A stretch of 64,000 bases of DNA from Pirellulales bacterium (GTDB lineage: Bacteria; Planctomycetota; Planctomycetia; Pirellulales; PALSA-1355): positions 1,248,001 through 1,312,000 of the forward strand of contig CAVTBU010000005.1 of NCBI GenBank assembly GCA_963733035.1, in the 5' to 3' direction. The notes beneath the pieces were generated by a model. It searched no databases. It saw nothing but the letters and a program-made list of their open reading frames with translations, and was not told the DNA's origin. A program made the position numbers and the translations under genes. This document shows positions 19,803 through 32,341 of this stretch, one piece after another (within the stretch, counting starts at the first letter, position 1; each line of letters begins with the position of its first letter).

Positions 19803-20771
19803 ATGGCCACCGCCACCGAAAAGCAATCCAAGGGCATTCGCGACGACATCACGCGCTGCATCGGCAACACGCCTCTGGTGCGGCTGCGACGAATCACCCA
19901 GGGCTGCGGCGCTACGGTCGTGGGCAAGCTTGAGAATTTCAATCCGCTGTGGAGCGTCAAGGACCGCATCGGCCGGGCCATGATCGAGGCCGCCGAGCGC
20001 GACGGAAAAATCAACAAAGACACCGTGATCATCGAGCCCACCAGCGGTAACACGGGTATCGCCCTGGCATACGTTTGCGCGTCGCGGGGCTATAAGCTCA
20101 AGGTCACGATGCCCGAGAGCATGAGCCTTGAACGCAGGCGGCTGCTGAAGGCGTTTGGGGCCGAAGTGATCCTGACGCCCGCCGCCGATGGCATGCCGGG
20201 CGCCATGCGGAAAGCCGACGAGCTCTTGGCCGAAAACAAGAACTGGTTCATGCCACAACAGTTCAAGAATCCGGCCAACCCCGAGATCCATCGCAAAACC
20301 ACGGCCGAAGAGATCTGGCGCGACACGGACGGCAAAATCGACATCTTCGTGGCCGGGGTCGGCACGGGTGGCACAATCACGGGCGTCGGTGAAGTTCTCA
20401 AACAACGCAAGCCCGACGTGAAGATCGTGGCGGTCGAGCCGACCAACAGCCCCGTGATCACGCAAACGAAAGCCGGCCAGGAACTAAAGCCCGGCAAGCA
20501 CATGATTCAGGGTATCGGCGCCGGCTTCATTCCGCCGGTGCTGAACGTCGACATCATCGACGACGTGGTCACGGTTGGCGACGAGGACGCGATGGAAACG
20601 TCGCGTCAGATGGCCGAACTCGAGGGTTTTATGTGCGGCATCAGTTGCGGAGCGGCCGCTTGGGCCGCCTTGCACCTGGCCAAGCAACCGGAAAACGCCG
20701 GCAAGCTGATCGTCTGCGTGCTACCCGACTTGGGTGAACGCTATTTGTCGACAAAGCTGTTTCCGGAATAG
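19803..20771 (+). CDS. cysK: Cysteine synthase A
   Basis: [23 protein letters not shown] (PLP Lys), [23 protein letters not shown]. Confidence 0.96.
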   Translation: MATATEKQSKGIRDDITRCIGNTPLVRLRRITQGCGATVVGKLENFNPLWSVKDRIGRAMIEAAERDGKINKDTVIIEPTSGNTGIALAYVCASRGYKLKVTMPESMSLERRRLLKAFGAEVILTPAADGMPGAMRKADELLAENKNWFMPQQFKNPANPEIHRKTTAEEIWRDTDGKIDIFVAGVGTGGTITGVGEVLKQRKPDVKIVAVEPTNSPVITQTKAGQELKPGKHMIQGIGAGFIPPVLNVDIIDDVVTVGDEDAMETSRQMAELEGFMCGISCGAAAWAALHLAKQPENAGKLIVCVLPDLGERYLSTKLFPE

Positions 20772-20862
20772 GAAACTGGCCGTCGCAAGCTTTGGCGCAA
20801 CGGCACAGCAGGTGTGCCACGCGTGCCTGTCGAACATTTCTGCGTTGATCTGCGTGGCGAGA

Positions 20863-22815
<1,953 letters not shown>

Positions 22816-22943
22816 CGCGCACTCGCTTTCGGATCGTTGCGTCGTACTGCTTGCCCGGGAAAACGACGATTCTACCGGCGGTTTTCGGGCGATGTCAACG
22901 AACCCGCCGGGACGTTCGATGGGCGGCACAACCACCCCGTGAG

Positions 22944-23438
22944 TTAACGCGTGCGCGACGATCCGCTGCGGCCCGCTTCGCTTTTGGCCGCTGCTTCTGC
23001 CACTCGTTTCAGATTCCGCATGAAATAGCGGAGTTGGAAAAAGGCGAATACGCGAGCAAGCGGGATCGCCAGTTTTCTCGGCCCACGAAGCTCTTCGATG
23101 TCGATCTCGGCGTAATACTCTAAGCGACAGCCGGTGGGCAGCTCCGCAATCCGGTAGTCGACGCACATCACCATTCCGGGCTGAAAAACACCGCCCCAAA
23201 ACGAAACGCCGAGGTGCTTCGGTGGATCGTACGCATTGATTCGCCCCTCGTAGTGCGAGATGCGCCGACCTTCGCGCACCCGCAGATCAAAGGTCGAACC
23301 GACGGCTCGCGGGTTTGTGCTGGTGGGTACGAAATCAATGAGCGTCGTAAGCCACTGCTGCTGCTTGTCGGCCTCATCGAGAAACGGCCACAACTGCCGC
23401 GGCGTACAACGCATCTCGATGCGATACTCGATACGCAT
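22944..23438 (-). CDS. SRPBCC (START-like) family protein
   Basis: [14 protein letters not shown]...QQWL...VGSTF...YDPP pattern with a C-terminal helix ending NLKRVAE. Confidence 0.75.
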   Translation of the reverse strand: MRIEYRIEMRCTPRQLWPFLDEADKQQQWLTTLIDFVPTSTNPRAVGSTFDLRVREGRRISHYEGRINAYDPPKHLGVSFWGGVFQPGMVMCVDYRIAELPTGCRLEYYAEIDIEELRGPRKLAIPLARVFAFFQLRYFMRNLKRVAEAAAKSEAGRSGSSRTR

Positions 23439-23573
23439 TCGACCCGACGCCTCGACAATCGCGAATGAAATGCAAATTTGGCTGATGACAAGCCCCAATC
23501 TAATCATCCGCCCACGTGCCATTCTTCCGCACGCACTGGTCCAGGATCAAGTCGAAAAGTTCGTGTGTGCAAC

Positions 23574-24299
23574 TCACGTCAATTCCGCACGCGGCGCCTC
23601 GCGTGCAATCGACCAGCGTGCCACCAGCCACCAGACGAGCGCCCACGCCGCGCCGGTAGCCCATCCGGCCAGCACGTCGGTCGGATAGTGCACGCCCAGA
23701 TAAATCCGAGTTAGCCCAATCAAAACGGCCAGCAGCAGTGCCACGCCAATCAGATAGAAATGCAGTTTTCGCGTCGGCATCACGCGTGCCAACATGGCTC
23801 CCAGTGTCAAATAAACGAGCGTCGAACTGAATGAATGTCCGCTCGGAAAGCTCGCCGAATGTGTGCGCTGAACGGCCGAACCCTCGGGCGGCCGCGGTCG
23901 ATCGAACCCGTACTTGAGACCTGATGTCAGCAGCGAGCCGCTAACCACCGCGGCCAACAACAGTGCGATTGCCCGTGGACGCCGTACCATGGCCAAATAG
24001 CCCACGACGAGCGCGACAACCAGGCATAAGACCGTCGCGCTGCCCAGCGAAGTAATGTCGCGGGCCGCGTCGATTAGCCACGCAGGGCCGCGCGGCAGGC
24101 GCGGATTCTGCGGACTACGTAGGGAGTCGATCACCCACGTGTCGAAGTGTCTCGTTTCACCGCTGGCAACTTCCTCGGCCAACTCGATGAACAGCCACGT
24201 CAGCGTGGCGACGGCGGCGACGGCCACGAGCACGGGCAACTCGGGCCATTGCCTGTTTCGCAGCCAGGCGATGCAGTTGTGCCAGCAGAGTCGTTGCAT
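23574..24299 (-). CDS. PAP2 family membrane phosphatase
   Basis: KYGFDRPRP, SFPSGH, TRIYLGVHYPTDV. Confidence 0.93.
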   Translation of the reverse strand: MQRLCWHNCIAWLRNRQWPELPVLVAVAAVATLTWLFIELAEEVASGETRHFDTWVIDSLRSPQNPRLPRGPAWLIDAARDITSLGSATVLCLVVALVVGYLAMVRRPRAIALLLAAVVSGSLLTSGLKYGFDRPRPPEGSAVQRTHSASFPSGHSFSSTLVYLTLGAMLARVMPTRKLHFYLIGVALLLAVLIGLTRIYLGVHYPTDVLAGWATGAAWALVWWLVARWSIAREAPRAELT

Positions 24300-24340
24300 T
24301 GCGGGTATCGGGTTACTTGACGCGCGGCCAAACAGACTCT

Positions 24341-26032
24341 TCAGCCTGGTCCGGCCGTCGAACGGGCGATCGGTACGTCGAACAGGCGTGGGCCGTCGTC
24401 CGACGCCAGCGATGCGTGTACCTTTTCGGACAGTTCATCGGGTTCGGTGACGCGTTCGGCCCGCACTCCCAGCGATTGGGCCAGCGCGACCATATCGATT
24501 TCAGGCTCGCGAAGATCCATGCCGACGAACTGTCCGGCCTTGGCCGCTGGGAGGCCGAATCCAGTGGCGCCGGCCTTGAGGATCTGGTACTGGGCATTGT
24601 TGCAAATGACGTAGGTAACGTTGAGCTTGTGATGTGCGGCCGACCAAAGTCCCTGGATGCCGTACATCGCGGCCCCTTCACCGAGCAAGGCCAACACGGG
24701 ACGATCGGGCCAGGCGAGTTTAACTCCCAGAGCACATCCGAGCCCCCATCCCAAAGCCCAGCCGCGATGCGCGAAGTAACCGCTCGTGTTCTTCAGTGCG
24801 CCCAGGCGTTGAAAGGTGCTATTGGTCGTTGTAACCGCCTCTTCAATGACGGCAACATTCTCGGGTAGAATTTGTGAAAGGCCTTCCATCAGCACGCTTC
24901 CGGCCATCGGCCGCAGGTCGCGACGGCGGCTGATCGAATCGCGCAACACTTGGCGTGCATCGCGATGCTGCTTGGACCGTTTTTCGCCCCGGGCCGACGC
25001 CGCGCTCTTGGCCGACGCGTCCATCGTGGTTTCCAAAAGTGCGGCCAATTCCGCGAGCCCACATTTCGTATCCCCCAACACGCCGACTTCGACAGGGTAG
25101 TTCTTGCCAATCTGGCGAGGGTCTTCGTCGAAATGCACCAACCGCAAATGGCGCGGGATGGCCGGATCAGGACCGTGGTAGACGTACTCACGCACCAGAT
25201 CCATCCCCGCGATCAATAGCGCGTCGAATTCCGACAGTCGCTCGGCAATCTCGGGAGCCCAAAGCGGAATGGTCTGACCGTATAGGGGATGGTCGGGTGG
25301 AAAGCTCAAGCGGCCATGCGAGTGTCCCGGCTCGGAGTACACCGGCGCGCCGAGTCGCTCGGCCACGGCGACCAATTCGCCGACGGCCTCGGCTTCTTGC
25401 ACACGGCTCCCCACGAAAATGGCGGGGTTGCGGGCCTCGCTCAGCACTCGGGCGGCCCGAGCCAGAGCGTCTTGCGGCGGCCGAACGCGGTACGACAGCG
25501 GCGTCGCCGGCGACAAATCGAGTTCCGCCGACTGCATTTGGATATCGACCGGAATCGACAGGAAGACCGGACCGGTCGGCGGGGTGAGCGCGACCTGCAT
25601 GGCTCGGCGCAGCGCCGCAGGCAGATCTTCGGTCCGCTCGACTTCCACCGACCATTTCGTCCAGGGCCGAGCGACCGCCACCATGTCGCCATAGAGAATT
25701 GGTTCCTGAAACTTCAACCGGCGGTCCTGCTGCCCGGCGGTCACCAACAGCGGCGTACCTTCGCGAAACGCGTTGTAAAGCATGCCCATCGCATTGCCCA
25801 ACCCACAACTGATGTGCAGGTTGACGACACCCAACGAGCGAGAAGCCATGGCATAGCCGTCGGCCATGGCCATGACGGGCACTTCTTGCAACCCGAGGAT
25901 ATATTCGATGCGCTTGTCGCGCACCAAGGCGTCGTTGAGCGGCAGCTCCGTAGTGCCGGGATTGCCGAAGACATAGCGCACGCCTGCCGCGGCCAACATT
26001 TGCAGAAGTGCTTCGATGCCGGTGGTCCGCAT
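24341..26032 (-). CDS. Thiamine pyrophosphate-dependent enzyme (benzoylformate decarboxylase-like)
   Basis: FGNPGTTELP, LQEVPVMAMADGYA, GEGAAMY...NN TPP motif; start MRTTGIE. Confidence 0.9.
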   Translation of the reverse strand: MRTTGIEALLQMLAAAGVRYVFGNPGTTELPLNDALVRDKRIEYILGLQEVPVMAMADGYAMASRSLGVVNLHISCGLGNAMGMLYNAFREGTPLLVTAGQQDRRLKFQEPILYGDMVAVARPWTKWSVEVERTEDLPAALRRAMQVALTPPTGPVFLSIPVDIQMQSAELDLSPATPLSYRVRPPQDALARAARVLSEARNPAIFVGSRVQEAEAVGELVAVAERLGAPVYSEPGHSHGRLSFPPDHPLYGQTIPLWAPEIAERLSEFDALLIAGMDLVREYVYHGPDPAIPRHLRLVHFDEDPRQIGKNYPVEVGVLGDTKCGLAELAALLETTMDASAKSAASARGEKRSKQHRDARQVLRDSISRRRDLRPMAGSVLMEGLSQILPENVAVIEEAVTTTNSTFQRLGALKNTSGYFAHRGWALGWGLGCALGVKLAWPDRPVLALLGEGAAMYGIQGLWSAAHHKLNVTYVICNNAQYQILKAGATGFGLPAAKAGQFVGMDLREPEIDMVALAQSLGVRAERVTEPDELSEKVHASLASDDGPRLFDVPIARSTAGPG

Positions 26033-26093
26033 GCGCCGTGCCTCAGGAGTGTCCGAGAACACCCGGCGGCCGGTGCTACCCGCGGCAGCCGGA

Positions 26094-26609
26094 CTAGCGC
26101 GTAAACAGCCGAGTTCGCGGAGGACTTCCCAGTGTACGGGAAGGCGGCGCGGAATCAAACAATCGCTGCCGCGCTGCCATTCGACCAGCGCCCTGGCGCG
26201 GCATCGTCGTCGTCGGTCCGGGCAGCTCTTCGGCCGGAATCGGACCTTCGTCTTCCAGCATGCCCGAGGGGGGTTGCGCCGGAGTGGGACCCGTGCCGGG
26301 CGAAGGCGCGTTGTAAAGTTCGCCCACGGCGCCTGGAGCATTGGAACCGCTGCCGTCGCTATAGACTTCCCCAAAGCGCGTGTAATGCGGACCACCCTTC
26401 ACGTATGGATTGCGTGAGCCGACGTAGTGCCCGCATTGGTTGCACGGGTCGCAGCAACAGGGCTTATGGCTAAACCATTCGTGCCAATACAGGCAGCCGC
26501 ACTGCATGCCGCAATACGTGTTCCCACAAGGCCACGGCGCGCGGTGGCATCCTGTTTGGGCGATCAAGATCGCCCCCAGCAGCAGCGAAAAACAAGTTCG
26601 CGAAAGCAT
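26094..26609 (-). CDS. Cys-rich lipoprotein of unknown function
   Basis: Signal peptide with lipobox AQTG-C, cluster CGNTYCGMQCGC...CCCDPCNQCG, Pro-rich tail. Confidence 0.75.
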   Translation of the reverse strand: MLSRTCFSLLLGAILIAQTGCHRAPWPCGNTYCGMQCGCLYWHEWFSHKPCCCDPCNQCGHYVGSRNPYVKGGPHYTRFGEVYSDGSGSNAPGAVGELYNAPSPGTGPTPAQPPSGMLEDEGPIPAEELPGPTTTMPRQGAGRMAARQRLFDSAPPSRTLGSPPRTRLFTR

Positions 26610-26891
26610 CCAACTTCCCCCCAAAAAACCAAACGGCTGATCGTTTTCCGCCAACCGTATGGGCGGGTAACTTGGGCCGCGGCTTCTCCCTGCAAAGTCG
26701 TATCGGCCGGCGGATGCGGAACAATCGAGAAATTCGGGACAACCCAGCGCCTTTGCCCCCGCGCCAAACTCTCGTCAAATTGCCTGGTCTTTGCGCGAAA
26801 CGTTGCCGCGGCCGCATCGGGACGACTATATTGCCAGCAGCGCCAGCGACGTGGCGCCAAACCGACCGCTTGCCACCAGGAGACTTACGCC

Positions 26892-27293
26892 GTGCCTCAG
26901 CCGCTGCCGATTACGGACGTCAATCACGTGGGCCGCGTTACCAAACGACTTGAAGAGAGCCGTCGGTTCTATCGCGACGTATTGGGTTTTCGCGAGGTCG
27001 CGCGTCCCAACTTCGATTTCCCCGGTGCCTGGCTCTACAACTACGGAATCATGATCCACCTGATCCAGAGTTCGGCGGCCGGCGATCCCGAGGGCGAGAT
27101 CGACACCCGCGGCGATCACCTGGCTCTCAACACCAACGACTTCGACGCCGCGGAAAAACTGCTAGAGGAACACGGAATTCCCTACCGCAAGAACCTGGTT
27201 GTCGACCGCAACATCAAGCAGATTTTCTTCCGCGACCCCGACGGCCATCACGTGGAAATCGCCACGTACCCGCCGACGCCGCAATTTATCTAG
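26892..27293 (+). CDS. VOC/glyoxalase family protein
   Basis: VNHVG...FYRDVLGF...GAWL...DHLAL...QIFFRDPDGHHVEI. Confidence 0.92.
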   Translation: MPQPLPITDVNHVGRVTKRLEESRRFYRDVLGFREVARPNFDFPGAWLYNYGIMIHLIQSSAAGDPEGEIDTRGDHLALNTNDFDAAEKLLEEHGIPYRKNLVVDRNIKQIFFRDPDGHHVEIATYPPTPQFI

Positions 27294-27352
27294 CGGGCTC
27301 TAAGCGCCGTGTCATCGATAACCCATCGAACGCACGGCCAGGTGTCAGATCG

Positions 27353-27961
27353 TCACGCGTTCGGCAAAACTCGCTGGGCTGCCGCGCGGATTTCGGATTG
27401 CACCACGTCGACGTCGCGGGCGGCATCAACGACAAGGATGCGCTTTGCATCCAAGGCGGCCTCGGCCAAGAATCCGGCCCGCAGCCGCCGTTGAAATTCC
27501 ACGCCTTGGCTTTCCATGCGGTCGAGTTCGCGCTCCATGCGTTCCGCGGCCGCTTCGGGGGGCATGTCGAGCACGAACACCAGATCGGGCATCAGGCCGC
27601 CTGTCGCCGTCTGACCGATACGGCGAACCGTTTCCACGTCGAGTCCGCCGGCATGGGCCTGGTAGACGATGTTCGCCAGCACATACCGATCCGAGACGAC
27701 TACTTTACCTGCCTCCAATGCGGGTCGAATCACGGCCTCGACGAGCTGAGCCCGGGCGGCCATGAACATCAGCATTTCGCTGGTACGGCAAATCGGTACT
27801 TCGTGGCCCAAGAGAATTGCCCGAATCTGCTCGCCCAATGGCGTACTGCCGGGGTCGATGCAACTGACGACGTCGTGCCCGGCGTCGCGAAGCCACTCGA
27901 GGAACAAGTCCATTTGAGTGGTCTTGCCGGTTCCATCCAGTCCGTCGAAGGAGAAAAACAT
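27353..27961 (-). CDS. tmk: Thymidylate kinase
   Basis: FDGLDGTGKTTQ P-loop, LMFMAARAQ, VVSDRY, PDLVFVLD. Confidence 0.95.
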   Translation of the reverse strand: MFFSFDGLDGTGKTTQMDLFLEWLRDAGHDVVSCIDPGSTPLGEQIRAILLGHEVPICRTSEMLMFMAARAQLVEAVIRPALEAGKVVVSDRYVLANIVYQAHAGGLDVETVRRIGQTATGGLMPDLVFVLDMPPEAAAERMERELDRMESQGVEFQRRLRAGFLAEAALDAKRILVVDAARDVDVVQSEIRAAAQRVLPNA

Positions 27962-28078
27962 GGCAGTGGTGTTTCGTACGGATCGCTGTAGGGAGAACGT
28001 TGCGGACGACAAGTGCCCCTGCGGACAGGCTTTTTTCCACTGGGGATCGGATTCGACCGCAAGCGTGGCTCTCGGCCC

Positions 28079-29053
28079 TTAGGCGTCGCCATTGTAGCGT
28101 TTTAGCATGCCTGCGGCGTGGTCGACGATCATCTTGCGCAGATGATTTGGCTTTAGTACCTCGGCCTGGTCGCCGTACCCCAGGATCCACCAGGAGATTT
28201 CCCGCACCCCGGCGACACGGACCTGAAAGTCCATCGAGCCGTCCTCGTTCCAAGTGAGCCGCTGCGTTCGATGCCACACGACCTCCGAGACGTTTCGGGC
28301 GACTAAGGGACTAAAACGAACCACGACGTCCGTGTCCGGTCCGTCGGGAATCAAATGCCAGGCATTTCCCAGGTAGCGCTGGATGCTAAAACCGCGTGGT
28401 ACGTAAAACTGCTCATCCAGCATCTCGAGCGCGTGGATGCGCCCCACGTTGAAGGTGCGGACTTCGCGATGCACGGAGGAGCGACCGATGACGTACCAAC
28501 TGCGGCGGCTGAACAGCATCCGATAGGGAGACAACTTGATCTGCAATTTCCGACCGTCGGCAAAGCTGTCGTATTCGATGCGGACCGGCCGGCGGTTGCC
28601 GATCGCAGCGAGCAACTGCCGATAGACCGGCGTCTGGCCCGCGAGCGGATTACTCGGTTCAAGGTTGATCTGAACGGCTGTCGAGAGCTCCTGCAGTTGT
28701 TCGCGGACGCGAGCGGGCAAACTGGCTTCGAGCTTCAAAGCCGCGTTTTGGGCGGCCTCGTAGAACGGCAGCCTGTGGTCGGCCCCCATTTCGTAGCACA
28801 GCACGATCACCGCCAGCGCCTCTTCGGCCGTGAAGTTGGTGGGCGGCAAGAAATAGGTGCCCGGAATGCGATAGACGTTCCGATCGTCGTCGAACAGCAG
28901 CGGCACGCCGGCATTGCGAAGCGTTTCCAAGTCGCGAAAGATCGTTCTCCTGCTAACGTCACAGGCCTTCGAAAGCTCGCCCGCGTTACGCCCCTTACCG
29001 GCTTGCAGCAGGCCAAGCAACTGGATCATTCGACTGACGCGGTTGAGATTCAT
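28079..29053 (-). CDS. HTH-WYL-WCX transcriptional regulator
   Basis: N-terminal HTH (VSRRTIFRDLETLR), WYL domain (SPYRM...WYVIG...RTFNVGRI), C-terminal WILGYGDQAEVLKP. Confidence 0.92.
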   Translation of the reverse strand: MNLNRVSRMIQLLGLLQAGKGRNAGELSKACDVSRRTIFRDLETLRNAGVPLLFDDDRNVYRIPGTYFLPPTNFTAEEALAVIVLCYEMGADHRLPFYEAAQNAALKLEASLPARVREQLQELSTAVQINLEPSNPLAGQTPVYRQLLAAIGNRRPVRIEYDSFADGRKLQIKLSPYRMLFSRRSWYVIGRSSVHREVRTFNVGRIHALEMLDEQFYVPRGFSIQRYLGNAWHLIPDGPDTDVVVRFSPLVARNVSEVVWHRTQRLTWNEDGSMDFQVRVAGVREISWWILGYGDQAEVLKPNHLRKMIVDHAAGMLKRYNGDA

Positions 29054-31464
29054 GCTCGATCGACTGCGGCGGTTGAAACGATGCGGATGTCATACGGCCG
29101 TCAGCCGAGGAACCGCGGCCTTGAGCCGTGTTCAACGGCCGCGGCTGCTGGAGCGTCGTGCCGGTGGGGCGAGCCATTCGTTGGCTCAGACCGTTGACAA
29201 CTCGCGATTGGGTATCATCTTGCTGGGCCTGGTCCCCGTCGTCGGCGTTCAGCCCCAGCGGTCCCCACGAGAACTGCCGCTCGAGGGCCGAGCTTCGCGG
29301 CGGCGGCTCCTCACCCATCATGCTCGAAACGGCTCCGTTCGTCATCGTCTCATCCGGCGTGGGCAGCATTTCCGCCTCCGGGCCGGCCGGCAGTTCCTCG
29401 GGCGTCGCCTCGGTGGGCAAACCCTGGGGAGGCATACCCGGAGCTTGGAGCATCGGCGGCCTTCCTTGGGGATTCTGCCGCACGCCACCTTGGCTCAGCA
29501 CGCTTGGACGCGTGTAGCCGTAGTTGAGGTAGATCGCGGCATCCCGCTTGCGAGCCAGGCGGTCGGCATCGAACTGAGCCTTTTCCGGCCACGGGCCTTC
29601 CTGCAAGTAGACGTTGTTGTATTCCAGCAGCGAACCCTTGCGATAGTGCACGGTGATAATCGCCCGCTGATAGTCAAGCAGCGTACGGAAGAAGCTGGTT
29701 TGAGCCTCCGCACGACGACGCTGGGCCTCGAGCAATTGGTCGAGCGTGACGGTGCCCGATGCGTAGGCCGCCTCTTGAGCCTCGACCTGACGATCGGCGG
29801 CCAGCGTGCGATTGAAGTTGGTTTGCGTAAGTTCGTAGTTCAGGATCAACTGCCGGACGGCGTCGGTCAATTGATGAGAGATTTCCAATTCTTCATCCTG
29901 CAGCTTGGCGCGTTCGCGGGCCAACTGCAATTGATAGTGGCGCACTTGCACGAGTTCCTTGCGAAAGCCTACCGACATGGTCGACTGGAAGCCCAATTGC
30001 CATTCCTGAAACTGGCCGGTGGCCAACGTCTGCAAGGCGCTCGATCCGGTCAAAGCGAAAGGATTCGTCGGGTTAAAGGCCGTGGGGTTTGTGCCAAGCA
30101 AGTTATCGCCCAAGCCCAACCAACGGTAGGTGCCGTTCAAGTCCAATCGAGGCAGTAACAAGTTCTTGGCGGCGATCAATTCCATCTCGCGCTGTTTAAT
30201 GCGCCATTTCTGGCGACGCAAGTTGAGGTTTCGCGCAAGTGCCTCTTCGGTAATCTCTTGCCAATCAAAGTCGACCTTCGCGATCGTCGGGCGATCGATC
30301 GGACGGATCAGTCGCCCGTCGGTCGCCGACAGCCCCATCGCCCAGCGGAGGCGATTCTCCGCACGGAATAGTTCGTTGAGCAGCGTTTGAGCCTGGCTCT
30401 TGAACTGATAAAACTGTTCGCGGGCCTGGGCTTCCTGGTTGGCTTCACCACCGCGGCTGCCCGTGCGATAGAGGGCATAGATTTTCTGCCACGTTTGCCG
30501 GGCACTGTTCAGAGCCGTGTTGGCCGTCTCCAGGTTGCGCCACGCGAATGAAAGTTCCCAATAGGCCTGTTCGGTGTCGTTCACCAGGTCGCGAACGCCG
30601 CCTTCAAAGTCCGCCAGAGCGATGTCGACGTTAATACGCGCGAGCACCACACCGTCGAAGGCCGGCGTTTGGAAGGCACCGCCGGGAATGTTCGAGAAGG
30701 GATTGTAGGGACCGGCAATCCGGTTGTATTCGGTGCCCGCACCGGCCAGCAACGGCTGGTTGAACGCCATTTCGTAGTTGACGTTCCAATCTTTCGCAAT
30801 CTGCCGGGTCGGATTGTTGTTCAAATCGTAGACGATGTTGTTGCGAACCGAGAACTGACCACCTTGAGCGGTGATCTTGGTCAACTGCGTGTTGAACGTG
30901 CTGGTATTCTGTTGGAACACCTGGCGGAAGAAGGTATTGATGGGGACCCGCGGCAGAACGTTCTGTTGACGATCGTTGTGTTGATAGAAGAAGTTGCTCG
31001 ACCACTGGGTATCGAAGGCCGCCAGGGCACTTTCCACGCCCGTGAAAGGCGTGGTTTCAATGATCGCCGGATCGTAGACCGTGCGGGCGTTGTCCGGACC
31101 CTGGGTGATCGCATCAGGAGCTTCACCAACCTGCGCGGTTATTGAAAGCAGAGCTGACAAATCGGCCGCCCAGCGAACGGAACACCTTCGAGTTCTGCAG
31201 CGACGTTTGCAGCGCGTCTTCGAGCGTCAGGTCCCAGTAGTTGGCAAACTCCAGGTTTTCGAGCGTATAGGGCGACTGGGCCTCGGTGACTTCCAAGAGC
31301 GTCGAGGCCTCAACGTCGGGATACTCGAGATCGCTCACCACGTCCACGTAGTGAGACAGATCGCCGTCTTCGCGAAGATAAAACGGCTGCTGAGGACGAC
31401 AGCCGGTAAACGCGATCATCGCGGACGAGAGAAGCGCCCAGATGCAGTGGACACGCCGTTTCAT
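28995..31464 (-). pseudogene. TolC family outer-membrane lipoprotein, frameshifted near 31135
   Basis: Lipobox AFTG-C and WDLTLEDAL in ORF 31123-31464; TolC helices (QPLLAGAG, AKNLLLPRLDL, LDQLLEAQRR) in ORF 28995-31160. Frames join near AAT-A-ACC-GCG-CAG. May be a sequencing error. Confidence 0.85.
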
Positions 31465-31828
31465 CGAATCGACCTTAAGGGGTTTCTGGTCCCTGACGCA
31501 TACCCGGTCGCGCCAGCACGGCTGTCAATGACAGCGTGTCGTTGCAACCTGGCAACAGTAACCGGACGCCCCCCGTCCACGCCGAATCTGTTCCGCCCGC
31601 TGGCTCGCGCAATGCGCTTGCACCTCGGGCGAGGTTTCGGCAGAGCCAAGTATCGACGACCCGACCGTCAAACTTGGAACAATCTTCGCATTCCGATGAT
31701 TTGCCGTAACAAGAATCACCAACGCAAATCACGCGCACACCCTAGACAACCCAGACAACCGCATACCTGTGGCGAAAGACGGCCACCGGAGGGCGAGCTA
31801 GTGAGTTTCGGATAGATGGGCTGTGCGA

Positions 31829-32305
31829 TTAGAGATACATGCCCACGAAACCACCACGTTCATCGCACTCGGCTTGGAGCTTTTCGATGCGTGCCAGCGT
31901 CTGCGCGAGGTCGCCCGCCTCAATGTAGCGGTCGAACTCAACTTCCACCGCCCGCGATACGCCCTCGGCCAGCCAGTCGGTGGCCGGAGCGGTCAGCCAG
32001 TCGCACGTTTCGCGCACCAGCTCCACGCGGAGGTCCGACCGCACGGTCTTACGGTCTTCCGGCCCGGTCATCACCGTGCCATCAAAGCGAAATTGGATCA
32101 TGCCCAATTCGGGCGAGTTTGTGAGGTGGAATGTGCACTGGGCATTGTAGAGAAAATAAGTATTGTGCGAGCCGTGCGATTCCAACGCGTTCTTGATGCG
32201 TTCACACCGCTCGTGAAACGCGGGAGAAGCGTCCATCGGGATGTCGAGCCGTCCCACCGATCGCAACGGCAGGCAATCGAATTCGATATCGACGTAGTTG
32301 CTCAT
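31829..32305 (-). CDS. Hypothetical protein
   Basis: 158-aa ORF with GC-rich third positions, 36 bp downstream of the co-oriented large secreted gene; no motif recognised. Confidence 0.75.
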   Translation of the reverse strand: MSNYVDIEFDCLPLRSVGRLDIPMDASPAFHERCERIKNALESHGSHNTYFLYNAQCTFHLTNSPELGMIQFRFDGTVMTGPEDRKTVRSDLRVELVRETCDWLTAPATDWLAEGVSRAVEVEFDRYIEAGDLAQTLARIEKLQAECDERGGFVGMYL

Positions 32306-32341
32306 CGCACAAATCCTTGCTCTCGGTTCGTCCCGACCCGA

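Noticed and set aside
22816..23199. N-terminal extension of acs in the ORF track (similar extensions on feoB, the TPP enzyme, glcE, the kinase and the SBP)
   Set aside because: Upstream in-frame read-through that overlaps neighbours or promoters; family homology begins at downstream starts.
28079..29053. WYL gene as a marker of an anti-phage defence island
   Set aside because: Neighbours are tmk, a VOC protein and TolC; no nuclease, NTPase, methylase or mobile genes are visible.
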